A stretch of 64,000 bases of DNA. It comes from Thermodesulfobacteriota bacterium (GTDB lineage: Bacteria > Desulfobacterota_D > UBA1144 > Nemesobacterales > UBA2774). The stretch covers positions 1,536,001-1,600,000 of the forward strand of contig OZ244991.1 in NCBI GenBank assembly GCA_965223335.1, in the 5' to 3' direction. A program made the translations under genes and the position numbers. Below, piece after piece: positions 44,688 to 56,014 of this stretch (within the stretch, counting starts at the first letter, position 1; each line of letters starts with the position of its first letter). Below the pieces are notes generated by a model. The model made no database searches. It had not been told where the DNA came from and saw nothing but the letters and a program-made list of their open reading frames with translations.

Positions 44688-45356
44688 TCAGTTCTCCAGT
44701 AGGTAGTTGTTTAGTCTTTTTGCTACTTCCCTAGCACCCTCGACGGCGAGTTGGTCCGAGGTAATCCATTTACCGCCCCTCTTTACAAATTTTTTAAACT
44801 CAAACACGTTTTGGAGTAAGGGTTTTTGGGTCTCTGTAAAATAGGTTCCCCAATAGGTAGAACCGTCTTTAGAGCTCACAAGGTCTATGCTGAATGCCAC
44901 CGAAGCGGGCTTCTCCACCCCATAGTCCGATCCCTCACGTTCTCTGTAGACAGAGATATAACCCACAACTACTGCGTCCACACCCAGGCTGCGCCCTGCA
45001 GTTGCAGCGGTGTTTTTATAGTAAAAAAGGTTGTTGTCATCTATGAGTTTCATGAACTCCTGCTCGGCCTCTTTAAGCGGGACGATCTCGACCCCTTTTA
45101 CCTTTGTGAGCAGCGCTTCGTAAAGTGTTTGAGTCACGAGCCTCTCCTCAGGGGAGATGAACTGCTCTTGCTCTTCCCCTGTAAAATCGGCCTTTGATGT
45201 CAGTGGCAGGATTGCAAGGGTTTTAATCTTTTCGGGCTTATTAACCTCGTTGTCTTTGGTTAGATCGGGGTCCTCGGCAATCGATTCCAGACGGGTTAGA
45301 CCTACTGTTAACAACGCGGCTATTAGCACTAGAATTAAACTCTTATTTATTATCAT
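44688..45356 (-). CDS. Exported hypothetical protein, CsgG/LpoB/DUF799-like fold
   Basis: Signal peptide; KTLAILPL, GRSLGVDAVVVG, ASVAFSIDLV...GSTYW pattern. Confidence 0.65.
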   Translation of the reverse strand: MIINKSLILVLIAALLTVGLTRLESIAEDPDLTKDNEVNKPEKIKTLAILPLTSKADFTGEEQEQFISPEERLVTQTLYEALLTKVKGVEIVPLKEAEQEFMKLIDDNNLFYYKNTAATAGRSLGVDAVVVGYISVYREREGSDYGVEKPASVAFSIDLVSSKDGSTYWGTYFTETQKPLLQNVFEFKKFVKRGGKWITSDQLAVEGAREVAKRLNNYLLEN

Positions 45357-45459
45357 CTCGGTTATAACTATACTGGATTATTGGGGTTGTAAAAGAAATC
45401 CGGGGTGCGTTTATACAGCAGGTAGTTGAAATAATTGAGCGTCTATAGATAATAGTCCT

Positions 45460-45870
45460 ATGCAATACTGGCTAGTTAAATCCGAACCCTTCAAATATTC
45501 GTGGGACATGTTTTTGCAAGACGGTGAGACCTATTGGGATGGGGTTAGAAACTACCAGGCTAGAAACAACCTTAAGGCCATGAAAAAAGGTGACCGGGTC
45601 TTTTTTTATCATAGCAACGAGGGGCTTGAGGTAGTAGGTGTAGCAGAGGTTACCAGGGAGTTTTACCAAGACCCGACTACAGAGGACGACAGATGGGTAG
45701 TAGTGGATCTAAGGCCGGTCGAAACTTTGGCTTCTCCAATATCCTTATCTCGAATTAAACAAGACAAGACACTAAGTGAAATAGGGCTCATCAAACAGAG
45801 CAGGCTCTCGGTGATGCAGCTTGGGAAAAAGGAATTTGATATCATTCTCAAGATGGGTCGCGGCAAGTAG
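45460..45870 (+). CDS. EVE domain protein
   Basis: YWLVKSEP, WDGVRNYQARN, FFYHS, SRLSV. Confidence 0.95.
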   Translation: MQYWLVKSEPFKYSWDMFLQDGETYWDGVRNYQARNNLKAMKKGDRVFFYHSNEGLEVVGVAEVTREFYQDPTTEDDRWVVVDLRPVETLASPISLSRIKQDKTLSEIGLIKQSRLSVMQLGKKEFDIILKMGRGK

Positions 45871-45955
45871 TGAACACCTACAAAGTCCTGCTTTCCTCTC
45901 AACAAACATTCTTTAGAATTAAGGTAACGCTAAATTACTGGTATTATGTAAATAG

Positions 45956-46681
45956 ATGGAAATCTTGGCACTGTTAACGACCCTGATTGCTATATTTTTA
46001 CTCACTAAAGTAGCCGAACCTCGGACTGAATCGGATAAATACGAAAAAGAGCGATGGGAGATGGTCGAAAAGCAGATCGTAAACCGCGGGATAAGGGATA
46101 AGATGGTTATAGAAGCGATGCTCAAGGTTCCTCGCCACAAGTTTGTGCCTGAGGATTTGGTTGACAGGGCCTACGATGACGGCCCCCTGCCCATAGGTAT
46201 GGGCCAGACCATCTCGCAACCCTACATCGTAGCGCTTATGACCGAGCTTCTTTTGCCGGGACCCGGCAAATCCATTCTAGAGATAGGGACGGGTTCGGGT
46301 TACCAATCGGCGGTTCTGGCCGAGACGGGTACCGATGTGTATACGGTAGAGATTGTCGAAAAACTCGGATTGGCATCGAAAGAAAAGCTGCTCGAGTTAG
46401 GGTATAAGAACATCAATTTTATGATAGGTGACGGATATTCGGGTTGGGAGGAGCACTCACCATACGATGGGATCATACTTACGGCTGCTCCGGGTACCGT
46501 TCCCAAGCCTCTGGTAAACCAGCTCAAGGTTGGGGGTAGAATGGTAATACCCGTAGGTGGAAGCGATCAACAGTTGTTGCTAATTACGAAAACCGACGAG
46601 GGTATAGAGAAAAAATATGTGACCTCTGTTAGGTTTGTTCCTATGACAGGGTTATCTGTGGGACCCGGCCGAACCGCATAA
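45956..46681 (+). CDS. pcm: Protein-L-isoaspartate O-methyltransferase
   Basis: VPRHKFV, GQTISQPY, LEIGTGSGYQ, YDGIILTAA, VRFVPM. Confidence 0.95.
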   Translation: MEILALLTTLIAIFLLTKVAEPRTESDKYEKERWEMVEKQIVNRGIRDKMVIEAMLKVPRHKFVPEDLVDRAYDDGPLPIGMGQTISQPYIVALMTELLLPGPGKSILEIGTGSGYQSAVLAETGTDVYTVEIVEKLGLASKEKLLELGYKNINFMIGDGYSGWEEHSPYDGIILTAAPGTVPKPLVNQLKVGGRMVIPVGGSDQQLLLITKTDEGIEKKYVTSVRFVPMTGLSVGPGRTA

Positions 46682-46720
46682 TTCGGTGTTCATATTAGGC
46701 CGGAACTAAGGCGGTCCTCA

Positions 46721-47719
46721 TTATATATCGAGACTAACTATATTTCCTTTTTGAACCTGCCGAGTGCTTTCCATAATAATGGCGGTTGAGCTCTGTTCAC
46801 GTACCTCTAGGACCACCATCCTGCCGATCTTGGCCCCAGGAATTGTAACCTTTCTACCAAGGTCTGGGTCATATGACTTGCGCGGGAGTGTGAAGATTGA
46901 TAACGTGTGGCCGGGGACTATCTCATTTACACGTCCAAGATCGATATACACAATGTCGTTACGGCCGGTGAGCTCTACATTGTTTTTAGTGTCGATTATA
47001 AATCCATCGGCTCTAAGAGTACCCTTTTTCATCACCACCTCTTTTACAAACGGTTCAAGAGGGCGTACGCGTGCACCACGCGTGATCTCGCGGTAAGACT
47101 CCACTATCTTTGCCACTGATTGCCGCTTGCCGAGGACCTCTACTATTTCCATGATCCCTAGTATTGCTACTTTATGTCCGGCTTTCCTACCTGTTATGGG
47201 GTGTAGAACTACCTTGCCTGTACGGAAGACGGTCAGCAGGTCACCCGGGCGCATATGATCCTTTGTGCCGACGTTTACATAGACCATATCGCCCTCACCC
47301 AAAAGGATCTTTGGGGGCTCCGAGGTCAGTATGGTGCCCATGTGCTCCCACTCGTCGGGTGTGATGAACCCCTCGGTCCCTCCCCTGGAATAGTAATAAA
47401 CCGGTGGGGGCGGCTCTATATCTTTGAAAGATACCTTCTTTGTTTTCGGTTCTATCTTTACTGTAGGTATGGTTGATTTTCCTTTGAGCGACAGCACATC
47501 GCCAGGGTAAATACGGTGCGGGTTGTCGATGTGGGTGTTTACTGCCCAGAGTCTGGGCCATAGAAGGGGGTTACTAAAAAACCTATCCGATATATCCCAC
47601 ATGGTGTCTCCGGGTTCTACAACATATATAGTGACACCACCTTTGGGTGTGGGTAAACTACCTTGGGCCATGGCCAAGGTACTTATTAGAAACAGTATTA
47701 GAATTGATCTTACATACAT
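46721..47719 (-). CDS. LysM peptidoglycan-binding domain protein
   Basis: Signal peptide; YVVEPGDTMWDIS...WPRLW.VN..I.NPHRIYPG; GGAGG SD. Confidence 0.88.
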   Translation of the reverse strand: MYVRSILILFLISTLAMAQGSLPTPKGGVTIYVVEPGDTMWDISDRFFSNPLLWPRLWAVNTHIDNPHRIYPGDVLSLKGKSTIPTVKIEPKTKKVSFKDIEPPPPVYYYSRGGTEGFITPDEWEHMGTILTSEPPKILLGEGDMVYVNVGTKDHMRPGDLLTVFRTGKVVLHPITGRKAGHKVAILGIMEIVEVLGKRQSVAKIVESYREITRGARVRPLEPFVKEVVMKKGTLRADGFIIDTKNNVELTGRNDIVYIDLGRVNEIVPGHTLSIFTLPRKSYDPDLGRKVTIPGAKIGRMVVLEVREQSSTAIIMESTRQVQKGNIVSLDI

Positions 47720-47912
47720 CCCACCATACCTCCGTTTAGTGTATAAACAGCTACACCATTGTCATATACATAATTCTTATAGTACAATTTTACACGCAAT
47801 TGAGAAAAATTGAAAGAGAAAATTATCATCATAACGCTTTTATATAAAGAACTTATAGACTATACTTAAGAGCCAATCTAAAGTTTCCAAAGTTCTTAAC
47901 GCAAAGAATACT

Positions 47913-49406
47913 ATGGAAAATCTCGTATTAATCAATCAAACGTTTAATGAAACCAGGGTGGCTGTGATCGAAAACGGCCTGCTCTCCGAGCTCTACATCG
48001 ACCGTGAATCCTCTACCAGGATCGCGGGGAATATATATAAAGGAAGGGTCGGTAAGGTTATCCCTGGGATGCAGGCAGCCTTTGTTAACATCGGGCTTGA
48101 GCGATCGGGGTTTATCTCTGTTGAGGATGTTCGAGAGGAGCCGATCTTCGATCTTTTTCTTGATGACGAAGAAGACGATACCTCGTCATACCTACGCTCC
48201 AGGGCAAGACCTTCCATACAGGATATCCTACGTGACGGCCAAGAGGTTATGGTCCAGGTGCTAAAAGAGTCTGTAGGGGAAAAGGGGGCAAAGCTTACCT
48301 CTTACGCAGCAATACCCGGTAAGTATCTTGTGTTTTTGGGCACGCTCGACATTGTGGGGGTATCTAGAAAGATAGTGGACGAGACCGAGCGCACGAGGTT
48401 AAGCAGCATCATAAAGGCTATTAAGCCCGAGGGTGTGGGGTTAATTGCACGAACGGCGAGCATGGGGAAATCCGACACTGAGATACGAGGTGACATGGAG
48501 TACCTAATAGAGATGTGGTCAAGGGTTATGGACAAATATGATAAGCAGAAGTCACCTTGCCTTCTTTACGAAGAGCCGAAACTTTACTTAAAAGCCGCAA
48601 GGGACATTGTATCGATGGATGCCGATAAGGTTATAGTTGATTCCCCTGAGGTTTACAGCGAGATCATAAATTACATACAGACCAGGGGTGACCTCTCGGA
48701 TGTGAGTATTGAACTATACGAAAAGGACGAGCCTCTATTCGACAAGTTCAAATTAGAGCAAGAGATTCACAAGATCTATGATAAAAAGGTATGGCTCAAA
48801 TCAGGAGGTTACCTAATCATTGAAGAGGCCGAGGGGCTTACCGTTGTTGATGTTAATTCTGGGAAATACCATAGCGGGAAGGACCAAGAAGAGACAATAT
48901 TCAATATAAACATGGAGGCTACCAAAGAGATCGTGCGGCAGATCAGGCTCCGCAATCTTGTAGGGATTATTGTAATTGATTTCATAGACCTCAAGAACCG
49001 CGAGCTCCGTGACCAGATCGGTGCTGAGTTTAATGAATCGCTGAAGCGAGATAAAGCAAGATCGGTAGTGCTTGAGATGTCTACATTCGGGGTTGTGCAG
49101 ATGACGCGCCAGCGCCAGCGCGAGAGTGTGATCTCCGAGCTCTCCGAGGAGTGTGATCAGTGTAATGGACACGGGTACATCAAATCGAGGGAAACGATAC
49201 TATACGAGATACTCCGCGGCATAAAGAGGCAGGTCGCAAAACCGAGCATACAAAAAATCGTAGTCCAGGCAAACCCCGAAGTTATTGAGAGGCTTATGGA
49301 AACAGAGGGTGAAAACCTAAAAGAGCTCGAGTCTAAGAATGGCAACGAGATTGAGCTCCGCCCAATAGAGTCGAGAATGGATAAATACAAGATCCAAGCT
49401 GATTAA
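47913..49406 (+). CDS. rng: Ribonuclease G (Rne/Rng family)
   Basis: GNIYKGRV, PGMQAAFV, DVNSG, RQIRLRNLVGIIVIDFID, CDQCNGHG zinc link; no long C-terminal scaffold. Confidence 0.92.
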   Translation: MENLVLINQTFNETRVAVIENGLLSELYIDRESSTRIAGNIYKGRVGKVIPGMQAAFVNIGLERSGFISVEDVREEPIFDLFLDDEEDDTSSYLRSRARPSIQDILRDGQEVMVQVLKESVGEKGAKLTSYAAIPGKYLVFLGTLDIVGVSRKIVDETERTRLSSIIKAIKPEGVGLIARTASMGKSDTEIRGDMEYLIEMWSRVMDKYDKQKSPCLLYEEPKLYLKAARDIVSMDADKVIVDSPEVYSEIINYIQTRGDLSDVSIELYEKDEPLFDKFKLEQEIHKIYDKKVWLKSGGYLIIEEAEGLTVVDVNSGKYHSGKDQEETIFNINMEATKEIVRQIRLRNLVGIIVIDFIDLKNRELRDQIGAEFNESLKRDKARSVVLEMSTFGVVQMTRQRQRESVISELSEECDQCNGHGYIKSRETILYEILRGIKRQVAKPSIQKIVVQANPEVIERLMETEGENLKELESKNGNEIELRPIESRMDKYKIQAD

Positions 49407-49487
49407 TACAGACCATATTTTTTATTCGTGTGTATAATTGTAATAACCGAAGTTTAGAGTTTGTACTATATGAATGCGAGGAACCAT

Positions 49488-50234
49488 ATGCTGAGAAATT
49501 TATTTTTATCCTTAGTACTGTTAGCTGTATTGGTGGGGTGTGGCAAAGATGAAGAAACCCCAGAGGAAAGCACAGCAGTTGTAGAGGATCTAGGTGATGA
49601 GGATGTTGTGCTCGAAGACGACCAAGAAGGCGGGGAATCCGACACGAACTATGATTACGGGTCAAGCTCACCTGTTACAGCCCCTAGACTAAGTTCAATT
49701 GAGATAGTTGCCCTGTCGGAAGACCTGCGCGACGGGTTTAAGGCAAAACCCAAAACCACTCAAACGGACGAGAGTATAAGGTTTAGGTACGAATGGAAAC
49801 ATAACGGCCAAGATCTCTACGATGATAACGAAGATGTATTGGAGTGGAGGGATGAATTTGCCCGAGGCGATTCGATTACTGTAATCGTGACCCCTTATGA
49901 TTCCACTTCCGAAGGAGTGTGGAGTGCAGAGGGAACTATCACGATCCCAAACGCTCCGCCACGGATCACATCCGAGCCCGACACATCGTTTGAAGAGGGG
50001 AAATTCACGTACAAGGTTAAAGCCGAGGACCCCGATGGCGACAGCATTGACTATAGCATCAGGAACTCTCCTGCCGGGATGACCATAGAACCGGCAACGG
50101 GTGTTATAACATGGGAATACGATGCCGAGGACAAGGGTGATTATGCCGTAACAATCATCGTCACTGATTCCGAAGGTGCACAGACCTCCCAGGAACTCAA
50201 AATGACTATACCTGATGAAACTGAGGCCGAATAA
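49488..50234 (+). CDS. Lipoprotein with Ig-like/cadherin-like domains
   Basis: Lipobox LVGC, acidic linker, NAPPRITSEP, AEDPDGD, PAGMTI...TGVITW. Confidence 0.8.
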   Translation: MLRNLFLSLVLLAVLVGCGKDEETPEESTAVVEDLGDEDVVLEDDQEGGESDTNYDYGSSSPVTAPRLSSIEIVALSEDLRDGFKAKPKTTQTDESIRFRYEWKHNGQDLYDDNEDVLEWRDEFARGDSITVIVTPYDSTSEGVWSAEGTITIPNAPPRITSEPDTSFEEGKFTYKVKAEDPDGDSIDYSIRNSPAGMTIEPATGVITWEYDAEDKGDYAVTIIVTDSEGAQTSQELKMTIPDETEAE

Positions 50235-50323
50235 GATACGTATCTATGGACTCCGGGTCGGTTAACTACTCTTAGTTGTTGCACGCGATACTACAAAAAT
50301 CATGAGTGACAAGGAGTAAAGAG

Positions 50324-50749
50324 ATGAGTGTGGGGAAGTTACAAAACATGTACCACGTTGCTGTGGCAGTGAACGACATCGAGAAGGTTGAGAAGCTCTA
50401 TGAAACCGCGTTGGGTCTTAACGTGGCACACAGGGAGGATGTAGAGGAGTTCGGGGTTAAGACCTCGATGCTGCTTCCCGAAAAAGGGGGTACTGCGATT
50501 GAGCTTATCCAGCCCATGTGGGAGGACTCTCCTATCTCAAAATTCCTAGCCAAAAACGGCGAGGGTGTACACCACATATGTTTTGAGGTGGACGATATAA
50601 AGAGTGCGCTCGAGCGCCTTAAGTCCCAAGGTGTAAGGTTGATAGACGAGGAGCCTAGGCCGGGCTCTTACGGTGCGATGGTTGCGTTTATCCACCCAAA
50701 GGAGATGAACGGCGTGCTCATAGAGCTTGCAGAGCTCCCAAAGAAATAG
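50324..50749 (+). CDS. mce: Methylmalonyl-CoA epimerase
   Basis: HVAVAV, IELIQP, KFLAKNGEGVHHIC, AFIHPK..NGVLIEL; AAGGAG SD before ATG 50324. Confidence 0.9.
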   Translation: MSVGKLQNMYHVAVAVNDIEKVEKLYETALGLNVAHREDVEEFGVKTSMLLPEKGGTAIELIQPMWEDSPISKFLAKNGEGVHHICFEVDDIKSALERLKSQGVRLIDEEPRPGSYGAMVAFIHPKEMNGVLIELAELPKK

Positions 50750-50788
50750 CCCGGGTCCCGATTTCGTTATTCACCTGTGTATCCCAAC

Positions 50789-52126
50789 CTAAAGAATAAA
50801 ATATGCAAGCAGAGTGATTATCACTGCACACACTATATTTAGCTTTACACCTACCTTCATCATTGTGCGCTGTTTTATTCTCTCTGTACCGAACACAAGT
50901 GCGTTGGGTGGGGTTGCAACTGGCAGCATAAATGCGCAAGAGGCCGCAATCCCGACACTGAGAGCCAGAGTTTTTGGGCTTAGCTCTGGGGAGTCCAATG
51001 TGATGGCATAGAAAATGGGCACCATAATGGCAGCGCTTGCGGTGTTGCTTGCAACCTCGGTCAAGAAAATAACCAAGAGCACTGCCCCGAAAAGCAGTAT
51101 CAATACTCCGTATTTTAAGAGCGAGCCCTCAAGCAGTGAGGCCAGGAATTTACTCGCACCTGTTTCCGACAACACAGCGCTTAGTGCTAACCCGCCGCCG
51201 AACAAAAGCAGCACCCCCCAGTCTGCAAACCTCTCAATCTCTTTCCAGCGGATTGTGTTAGATAACACAAGGAGCACTATTGCCAACACAGCTACAATTG
51301 CGTCAAACCCGGTGCTGATGCCCATATACTCCGAGATAGGCTTGCTTAACAGCCAGAGCCCGACTGTAATAACGAATATAATTGATATGGTCACACTGCT
51401 CCGCTTGTCCAACACTGTCTTTTCAACTTCCATTGCACCTGTGCCCGTATCCAGTTTTGGCTTAAGTATGATGTAGAGCAGGCCGATTATTACGGGTAAC
51501 AGGATAATAACGATCGGCACTCCGACAAATGCCCAGTCCCTAAAGCTCATGCCCAGGTTGGCTGCCGTGATGGCGTTTGGGGGGCTGCCCACGATGGTGC
51601 CTATTCCCCCGATGTTTGCGGAATATGCCACACCCAAGAGTATAAACGCGTCTTCTCTCGGGCTCGGCTCACGGAGCGTTGAGATCATCCCAAGCGCTAT
51701 GGGGAGCATTATGGCCGCTGTGGCAGTGTTGCTTATCCACATGCTCATTGCGGCCGTAAATACAAATAGGCAGATTACGGAAAAATACATATTCCTGCCC
51801 GCCAGTTTGGTCAGATAACTTGCGAACAAACCGTCCAGGTTTTGCTTGTGGAGTGCAGCGGCCAATGCAAACCCGCCTAAGAACAAAAAGATTACTGGAT
51901 GGGCAAAGTTGCTAAGAGCGGTCTTTGTATCGAATATACCTGTTACTACTGCAAGGATAGGAACAAGCAGTGCGGTTACTGTAATGTTAAGCGCCTCCGT
52001 GAACCATAGTGTGGCAATGAAAAAGAGTATTGCCAGACCCTTGGCTATATCTTTATCTATCGGCAGTAAGCTGTAGAGGCTTATGGATATGAGGGCGGCT
52101 ATGATGATAACGGCAATTTTTTTCAT
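50789..52126 (-). CDS. DASS/SLC13 sodium:dicarboxylate or sulfate symporter
   Basis: LFLGGFALA, SMWISNTAT, GSPPNA, TEVASNTA, FMLPVATPPNA. Confidence 0.93.
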   Translation of the reverse strand: MKKIAVIIIAALISISLYSLLPIDKDIAKGLAILFFIATLWFTEALNITVTALLVPILAVVTGIFDTKTALSNFAHPVIFLFLGGFALAAALHKQNLDGLFASYLTKLAGRNMYFSVICLFVFTAAMSMWISNTATAAIMLPIALGMISTLREPSPREDAFILLGVAYSANIGGIGTIVGSPPNAITAANLGMSFRDWAFVGVPIVIILLPVIIGLLYIILKPKLDTGTGAMEVEKTVLDKRSSVTISIIFVITVGLWLLSKPISEYMGISTGFDAIVAVLAIVLLVLSNTIRWKEIERFADWGVLLLFGGGLALSAVLSETGASKFLASLLEGSLLKYGVLILLFGAVLLVIFLTEVASNTASAAIMVPIFYAITLDSPELSPKTLALSVGIAASCAFMLPVATPPNALVFGTERIKQRTMMKVGVKLNIVCAVIITLLAYFIL

Positions 52127-52176
52127 TTGTTATAGCCTATACACTCTATGACTCGAGTAGCTATAACAATAGCATT

Positions 52177-52872
52177 TTATTCTATCTGTTCTAAATATCT
52201 AACCCCGCCAAGATTAACCATTTGATCCAACACCCACTGTTTTCTCTCTAACAGATAAGACGAGGGTTTTGGGACCGAATACCCCCTTGGGTTTGGGAAG
52301 CTCGAGGCCAGTAGCGCTGCCTCGTCCCTCGTTAGTCTCTTTGAGGGTTTGCCAAAGTACTTTTGAGATGCCTCTTGTACTCCATAGATGCCGTCTCCGG
52401 TCTCTATAATATTTAGGTAGACCTCGAGTATGCGTTTTTTGCTCCATAGCATCTCAATTAGAACGGTGAAATAGGATTCCACCCCTTTTCTTAGCCATGA
52501 CCTGTTAGGGGGCAGGAACAAGTTTTTGGCTACCTGCTGCGATATTGTGCTGGCTCCGCGCAGCCGTTTGCCCTCCATCTTATCCCTTATCGCGTCTTCT
52601 ATTGATTCTACGTCGAACCCTCTGTGCACAGGGAATTTCTGGTCCTCGGCGGCTATTGCCGCGATCTTGATATGTCCCGAGATCTCTCCGTAGTCTTTCC
52701 AGGTCTGATTAATTTTATGCGAGCCGTCGTGCTCGAAGTACCTTATGACCATAAGCGGGGTTATGGGAGGGTTAAGGTATTTATACAATAAAATCAAACC
52801 TACGCTCGCAATGATGAAAAATGCTATAAATAATGTAAAATACTTAGTGATTTTCCAGATAAATTTTTTCAT
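52177..52872 (-). CDS. mtgA: Monofunctional peptidoglycan transglycosylase
   Basis: AAEDQKF..H.GFD, RGASTISQQVAKNLFL, RKGVE, KKRILEVYLN. Confidence 0.95.
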   Translation of the reverse strand: MKKFIWKITKYFTLFIAFFIIASVGLILLYKYLNPPITPLMVIRYFEHDGSHKINQTWKDYGEISGHIKIAAIAAEDQKFPVHRGFDVESIEDAIRDKMEGKRLRGASTISQQVAKNLFLPPNRSWLRKGVESYFTVLIEMLWSKKRILEVYLNIIETGDGIYGVQEASQKYFGKPSKRLTRDEAALLASSFPNPRGYSVPKPSSYLLERKQWVLDQMVNLGGVRYLEQIE

Positions 52873-53029
52873 AATCCAAAATTTGTATGTTTAATACATT
52901 AGCATAAACGGCATTAACTTCACCACATGTTTCACTTGCTTGCAACAATCGGATTGATTGAGTCTAAGTAGGAGCTTGCATTAAGATTATTAGGCAATAA
53001 TTATAGCAACTTAGAAGGAGTTTTCACAT

Positions 53030-55462
53030 ATGACAACAACCCCTCAGATACTGCCCGTAAATATTGAAGATGAGATGAAGGAGTCGTATCTCAGCTACTC
53101 GATGAGTGTCATAATCGGGCGCGCGCTGCCGGATGTCCGAGATGGCCTAAAACCGGTGCATAGACGTATCCTCTACGGGATGCACGATGCCGGCAATAGC
53201 TGGGGCCGTCCATACAAAAAATCCGCAAGGATCGTCGGTGACGTTATGGGTAAGTACCACCCCCATGGTGACGCCGCTATATACGATACGTTGGTGAGGA
53301 TGGCACAGGATTTTTCCATGCGCTACACGCTTGTGGACGGTCAGGGGAATTTCGGCTCTATCGACGGCGACCCCCCTGCCGCAATGAGGTATACGGAGGT
53401 AAGACTCGATAGGATTGCAGGTGAGCTGCTCGAGGACCTAGACAAAGAGACTGTGGATTTTGTGCCCAACTACGACGGGGGCGAACTAGAGCCTGTGGTC
53501 CTGCCCGCCAAAATTCCCAACCTGCTTTTAAACGGCTCTTCTGGTATTGCCGTGGGTATGTCCACAAATATTCCACCGCATAACCTGGGCGAGCTTGTAG
53601 ATGCTGTAGTAGCACAGATCAAAAAACCCGATATAACCCTTGATGAGTTGATGCAGCATATCCCGGGGCCCGATTTTCCCACAGGCGGCTTTATATGCGG
53701 CAAAAACCCGATACGCGAGGCCTACGAGACGGGACGCGGGATTATACGCATACGAGCAAAGACACGTATAGAAAAACAGAAAAAGGGTGACCGCGAGGTA
53801 ATTATCATAAGCGAGATCCCTTACCAGGTTAATAAGACCAAATTGATCGAGAGGATAGCAGACCTTGTTAAGACCGAAAAGATTAAGGGTATAAGCGATA
53901 TCAGAGACGAATCTGACCGCGAGGGTATAAGAGTTGTCGTCGAGGTTAAGCGAGGGGATGTGGCGGAGGTAGTGCTAAACCAGCTCTATAAACACACCCC
54001 TATGGATACCTCGTTCGGTATCATCATGCTCGCACTCGTGCGCAACCAGCCACGTGTGCTCTCGCTCAAAGAGTCTATACATCATTTTATAGAACACCGA
54101 AAAGAGGTTGTAACGAGGCGCACTCAATACGAACTCGGTAAGGCCGAGGCCAGGCTACATATACTAGAGGGCCTAAAGATAGCGCTCGATAACCTGGACG
54201 AGGTTATTTCGTTAATTAGGAGCTCGGAAAGCCCTGCAGCCGCGAAAGAGGGCTTAACTCTTAAGCTCGGGCTCACAAACATACAGGCCCAGGCCATACT
54301 CGATATGCGTCTACAGCGTCTAACCGCTCTTGAGCGCGACAAGATACTCGCAGAACGCAAAGAACTCATCGCAACAGTAAAGCGTCTAAAAGAGATCCTC
54401 GATAAAGAGGAACTCATACTCAAGATTGTGAGCGACGAGCTGGGCGAGATTAAAGACCGCTACGACGACACACGCAGAACTGAGATACTCGACAGTCTTG
54501 AGGAGATCTCGCTCGAGGATCTCATAGCCGATGAGGATATGGTGGTCACAACCACCCACGAGGGTTATATCAAGACCACAGCACTCAGCGTGTACCGGAG
54601 CCAGAGACGGGGAGGCAAGGGGCGCACGGGCATGACCACCAAAGACACAGACTTTGTCGAGACCCTTTTTGTAGCCTCCAAACATAACTATGTGCTGTTC
54701 TTCACAAATTTGGGCCGCTGCTATTGGCTTAAGGTCCATGAGATACCCGAGGCCGGCCCCACAGCCAAGGGCAAAGCACTTGTGAACCTGCTTAGCCTCG
54801 GGCAGGACGAAAAGGTGGCGGCGGTGCTCCCTGTGCGAGAGTTCAGAGAGGACCAGTCCATCATCATGGCCACAACCGGCGGTGTAGTGAAGAAAACGCG
54901 TCTTATGGCTTACTCCAAGCCTAGAGTCGGGGGCATCATAGCACTTGGGATTAAGGATGGTGATGAGCTCATGTCGGCCCGCTTAACCAGCGGCAATGAC
55001 GAGATCCTGCTTACCTCATATTTCGGCCAAGCCATCAGGTTTAAGGAACAGGATGTAAGGGATATGGGCCGGACTGCTACCGGTGTGATCGGTATTAGGC
55101 TCGATAAGGGAGACAAGGTGGTTAGCCTCGAGGTCATTGAAAACCCCGAGGCCCAGATACTTACCGTTACCGAGATGGGCTATGGCAAGCGTACACTCGT
55201 ATCCGCCTACAGGCTGATCGGCAGGGGTGGTAAGGGAGTAATAACCATCAAGACCACAGGCAAAAACGGCAGGGTTGTGGGTGCATTCCAGGTAACAAAC
55301 GATACACAGATCATGATGATCACCACACACGGGGGCAAGGTGATTAGGATTAACGCATCGGATATAAGCATATTCGGCAGGGGTACCCAGGGGGTAAGGC
55401 TGATCGACCTCGACTCGGACGAGAGAGTTGCGGCTATCGCAAAGGTGGTGGAGCGGGAATAG
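53030..55462 (+). CDS. gyrA: DNA gyrase subunit A
   Basis: [26 protein letters not shown], GyrA-box QRRGGKG, beta-pinwheel repeats; AAGGAG SD. Confidence 0.98.
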   Translation: MTTTPQILPVNIEDEMKESYLSYSMSVIIGRALPDVRDGLKPVHRRILYGMHDAGNSWGRPYKKSARIVGDVMGKYHPHGDAAIYDTLVRMAQDFSMRYTLVDGQGNFGSIDGDPPAAMRYTEVRLDRIAGELLEDLDKETVDFVPNYDGGELEPVVLPAKIPNLLLNGSSGIAVGMSTNIPPHNLGELVDAVVAQIKKPDITLDELMQHIPGPDFPTGGFICGKNPIREAYETGRGIIRIRAKTRIEKQKKGDREVIIISEIPYQVNKTKLIERIADLVKTEKIKGISDIRDESDREGIRVVVEVKRGDVAEVVLNQLYKHTPMDTSFGIIMLALVRNQPRVLSLKESIHHFIEHRKEVVTRRTQYELGKAEARLHILEGLKIALDNLDEVISLIRSSESPAAAKEGLTLKLGLTNIQAQAILDMRLQRLTALERDKILAERKELIATVKRLKEILDKEELILKIVSDELGEIKDRYDDTRRTEILDSLEEISLEDLIADEDMVVTTTHEGYIKTTALSVYRSQRRGGKGRTGMTTKDTDFVETLFVASKHNYVLFFTNLGRCYWLKVHEIPEAGPTAKGKALVNLLSLGQDEKVAAVLPVREFREDQSIIMATTGGVVKKTRLMAYSKPRVGGIIALGIKDGDELMSARLTSGNDEILLTSYFGQAIRFKEQDVRDMGRTATGVIGIRLDKGDKVVSLEVIENPEAQILTVTEMGYGKRTLVSAYRLIGRGGKGVITIKTTGKNGRVVGAFQVTNDTQIMMITTHGGKVIRINASDISIFGRGTQGVRLIDLDSDERVAAIAKVVERE

Positions 55463-55519
55463 AGTGTATTTGGTTTTCTAGCTAATCTGCCCGGAGAGTA
55501 TTTATTTTTACTTGAAAGC

Positions 55520-56011
55520 ATGAAACGTGAAATTGAGAATATATTTACAACCTTTCCCGATTACGGCTGTTTCGCGTGCGATCCCAACAACAGCCAAGGC
55601 CTCAGGCTCAGGTTCTTTGCCGACGACGAGAAGGGTGAGGTGTTTACACACTACGATCCCAAGGAGCATCTAGCCGGGTTCCCGGGCATCTTACACGGCG
55701 GGGTGCAGTGTGCACTCATAGACGAGGTAGCGTTTTGGACGCTATTCGACAAATACAAAAAAATAGCACTCACATCGAGTGTAGAGATGGAGTTTCTAAG
55801 GACCGTAAAAACGTCTTCTGTGCTCGAGGCTCGGGGCAGGGTAACCGAGATGTTGGGACGCAAAGTTACGGTTGACGCCGAGATTCTCGATAACAACAAG
55901 ACCTGTACCAAGGGCCGCGTGACATACCATATCCCCAAACGTGAGATCACGCTAAGAATACTCGGGAAACAGCGGTTCACCGATGAGTTCCTCCAGTACC
56001 TAGAGGACTGA
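55520..56011 (+). CDS. PaaI family (hotdog-fold) thioesterase
   Basis: CFAC...N..GL.L.F, GFPGILHGG....LIDE. Confidence 0.88.
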   Translation: MKREIENIFTTFPDYGCFACDPNNSQGLRLRFFADDEKGEVFTHYDPKEHLAGFPGILHGGVQCALIDEVAFWTLFDKYKKIALTSSVEMEFLRTVKTSSVLEARGRVTEMLGRKVTVDAEILDNNKTCTKGRVTYHIPKREITLRILGKQRFTDEFLQYLED

Positions 56012-56014
56012 GCC

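Noticed and set aside
42154..45870. dGTPase and EVE protein as anti-phage defence genes
   Set aside because: Both are common short housekeeping forms embedded among his, mqn and pcm genes with no defence-island context.
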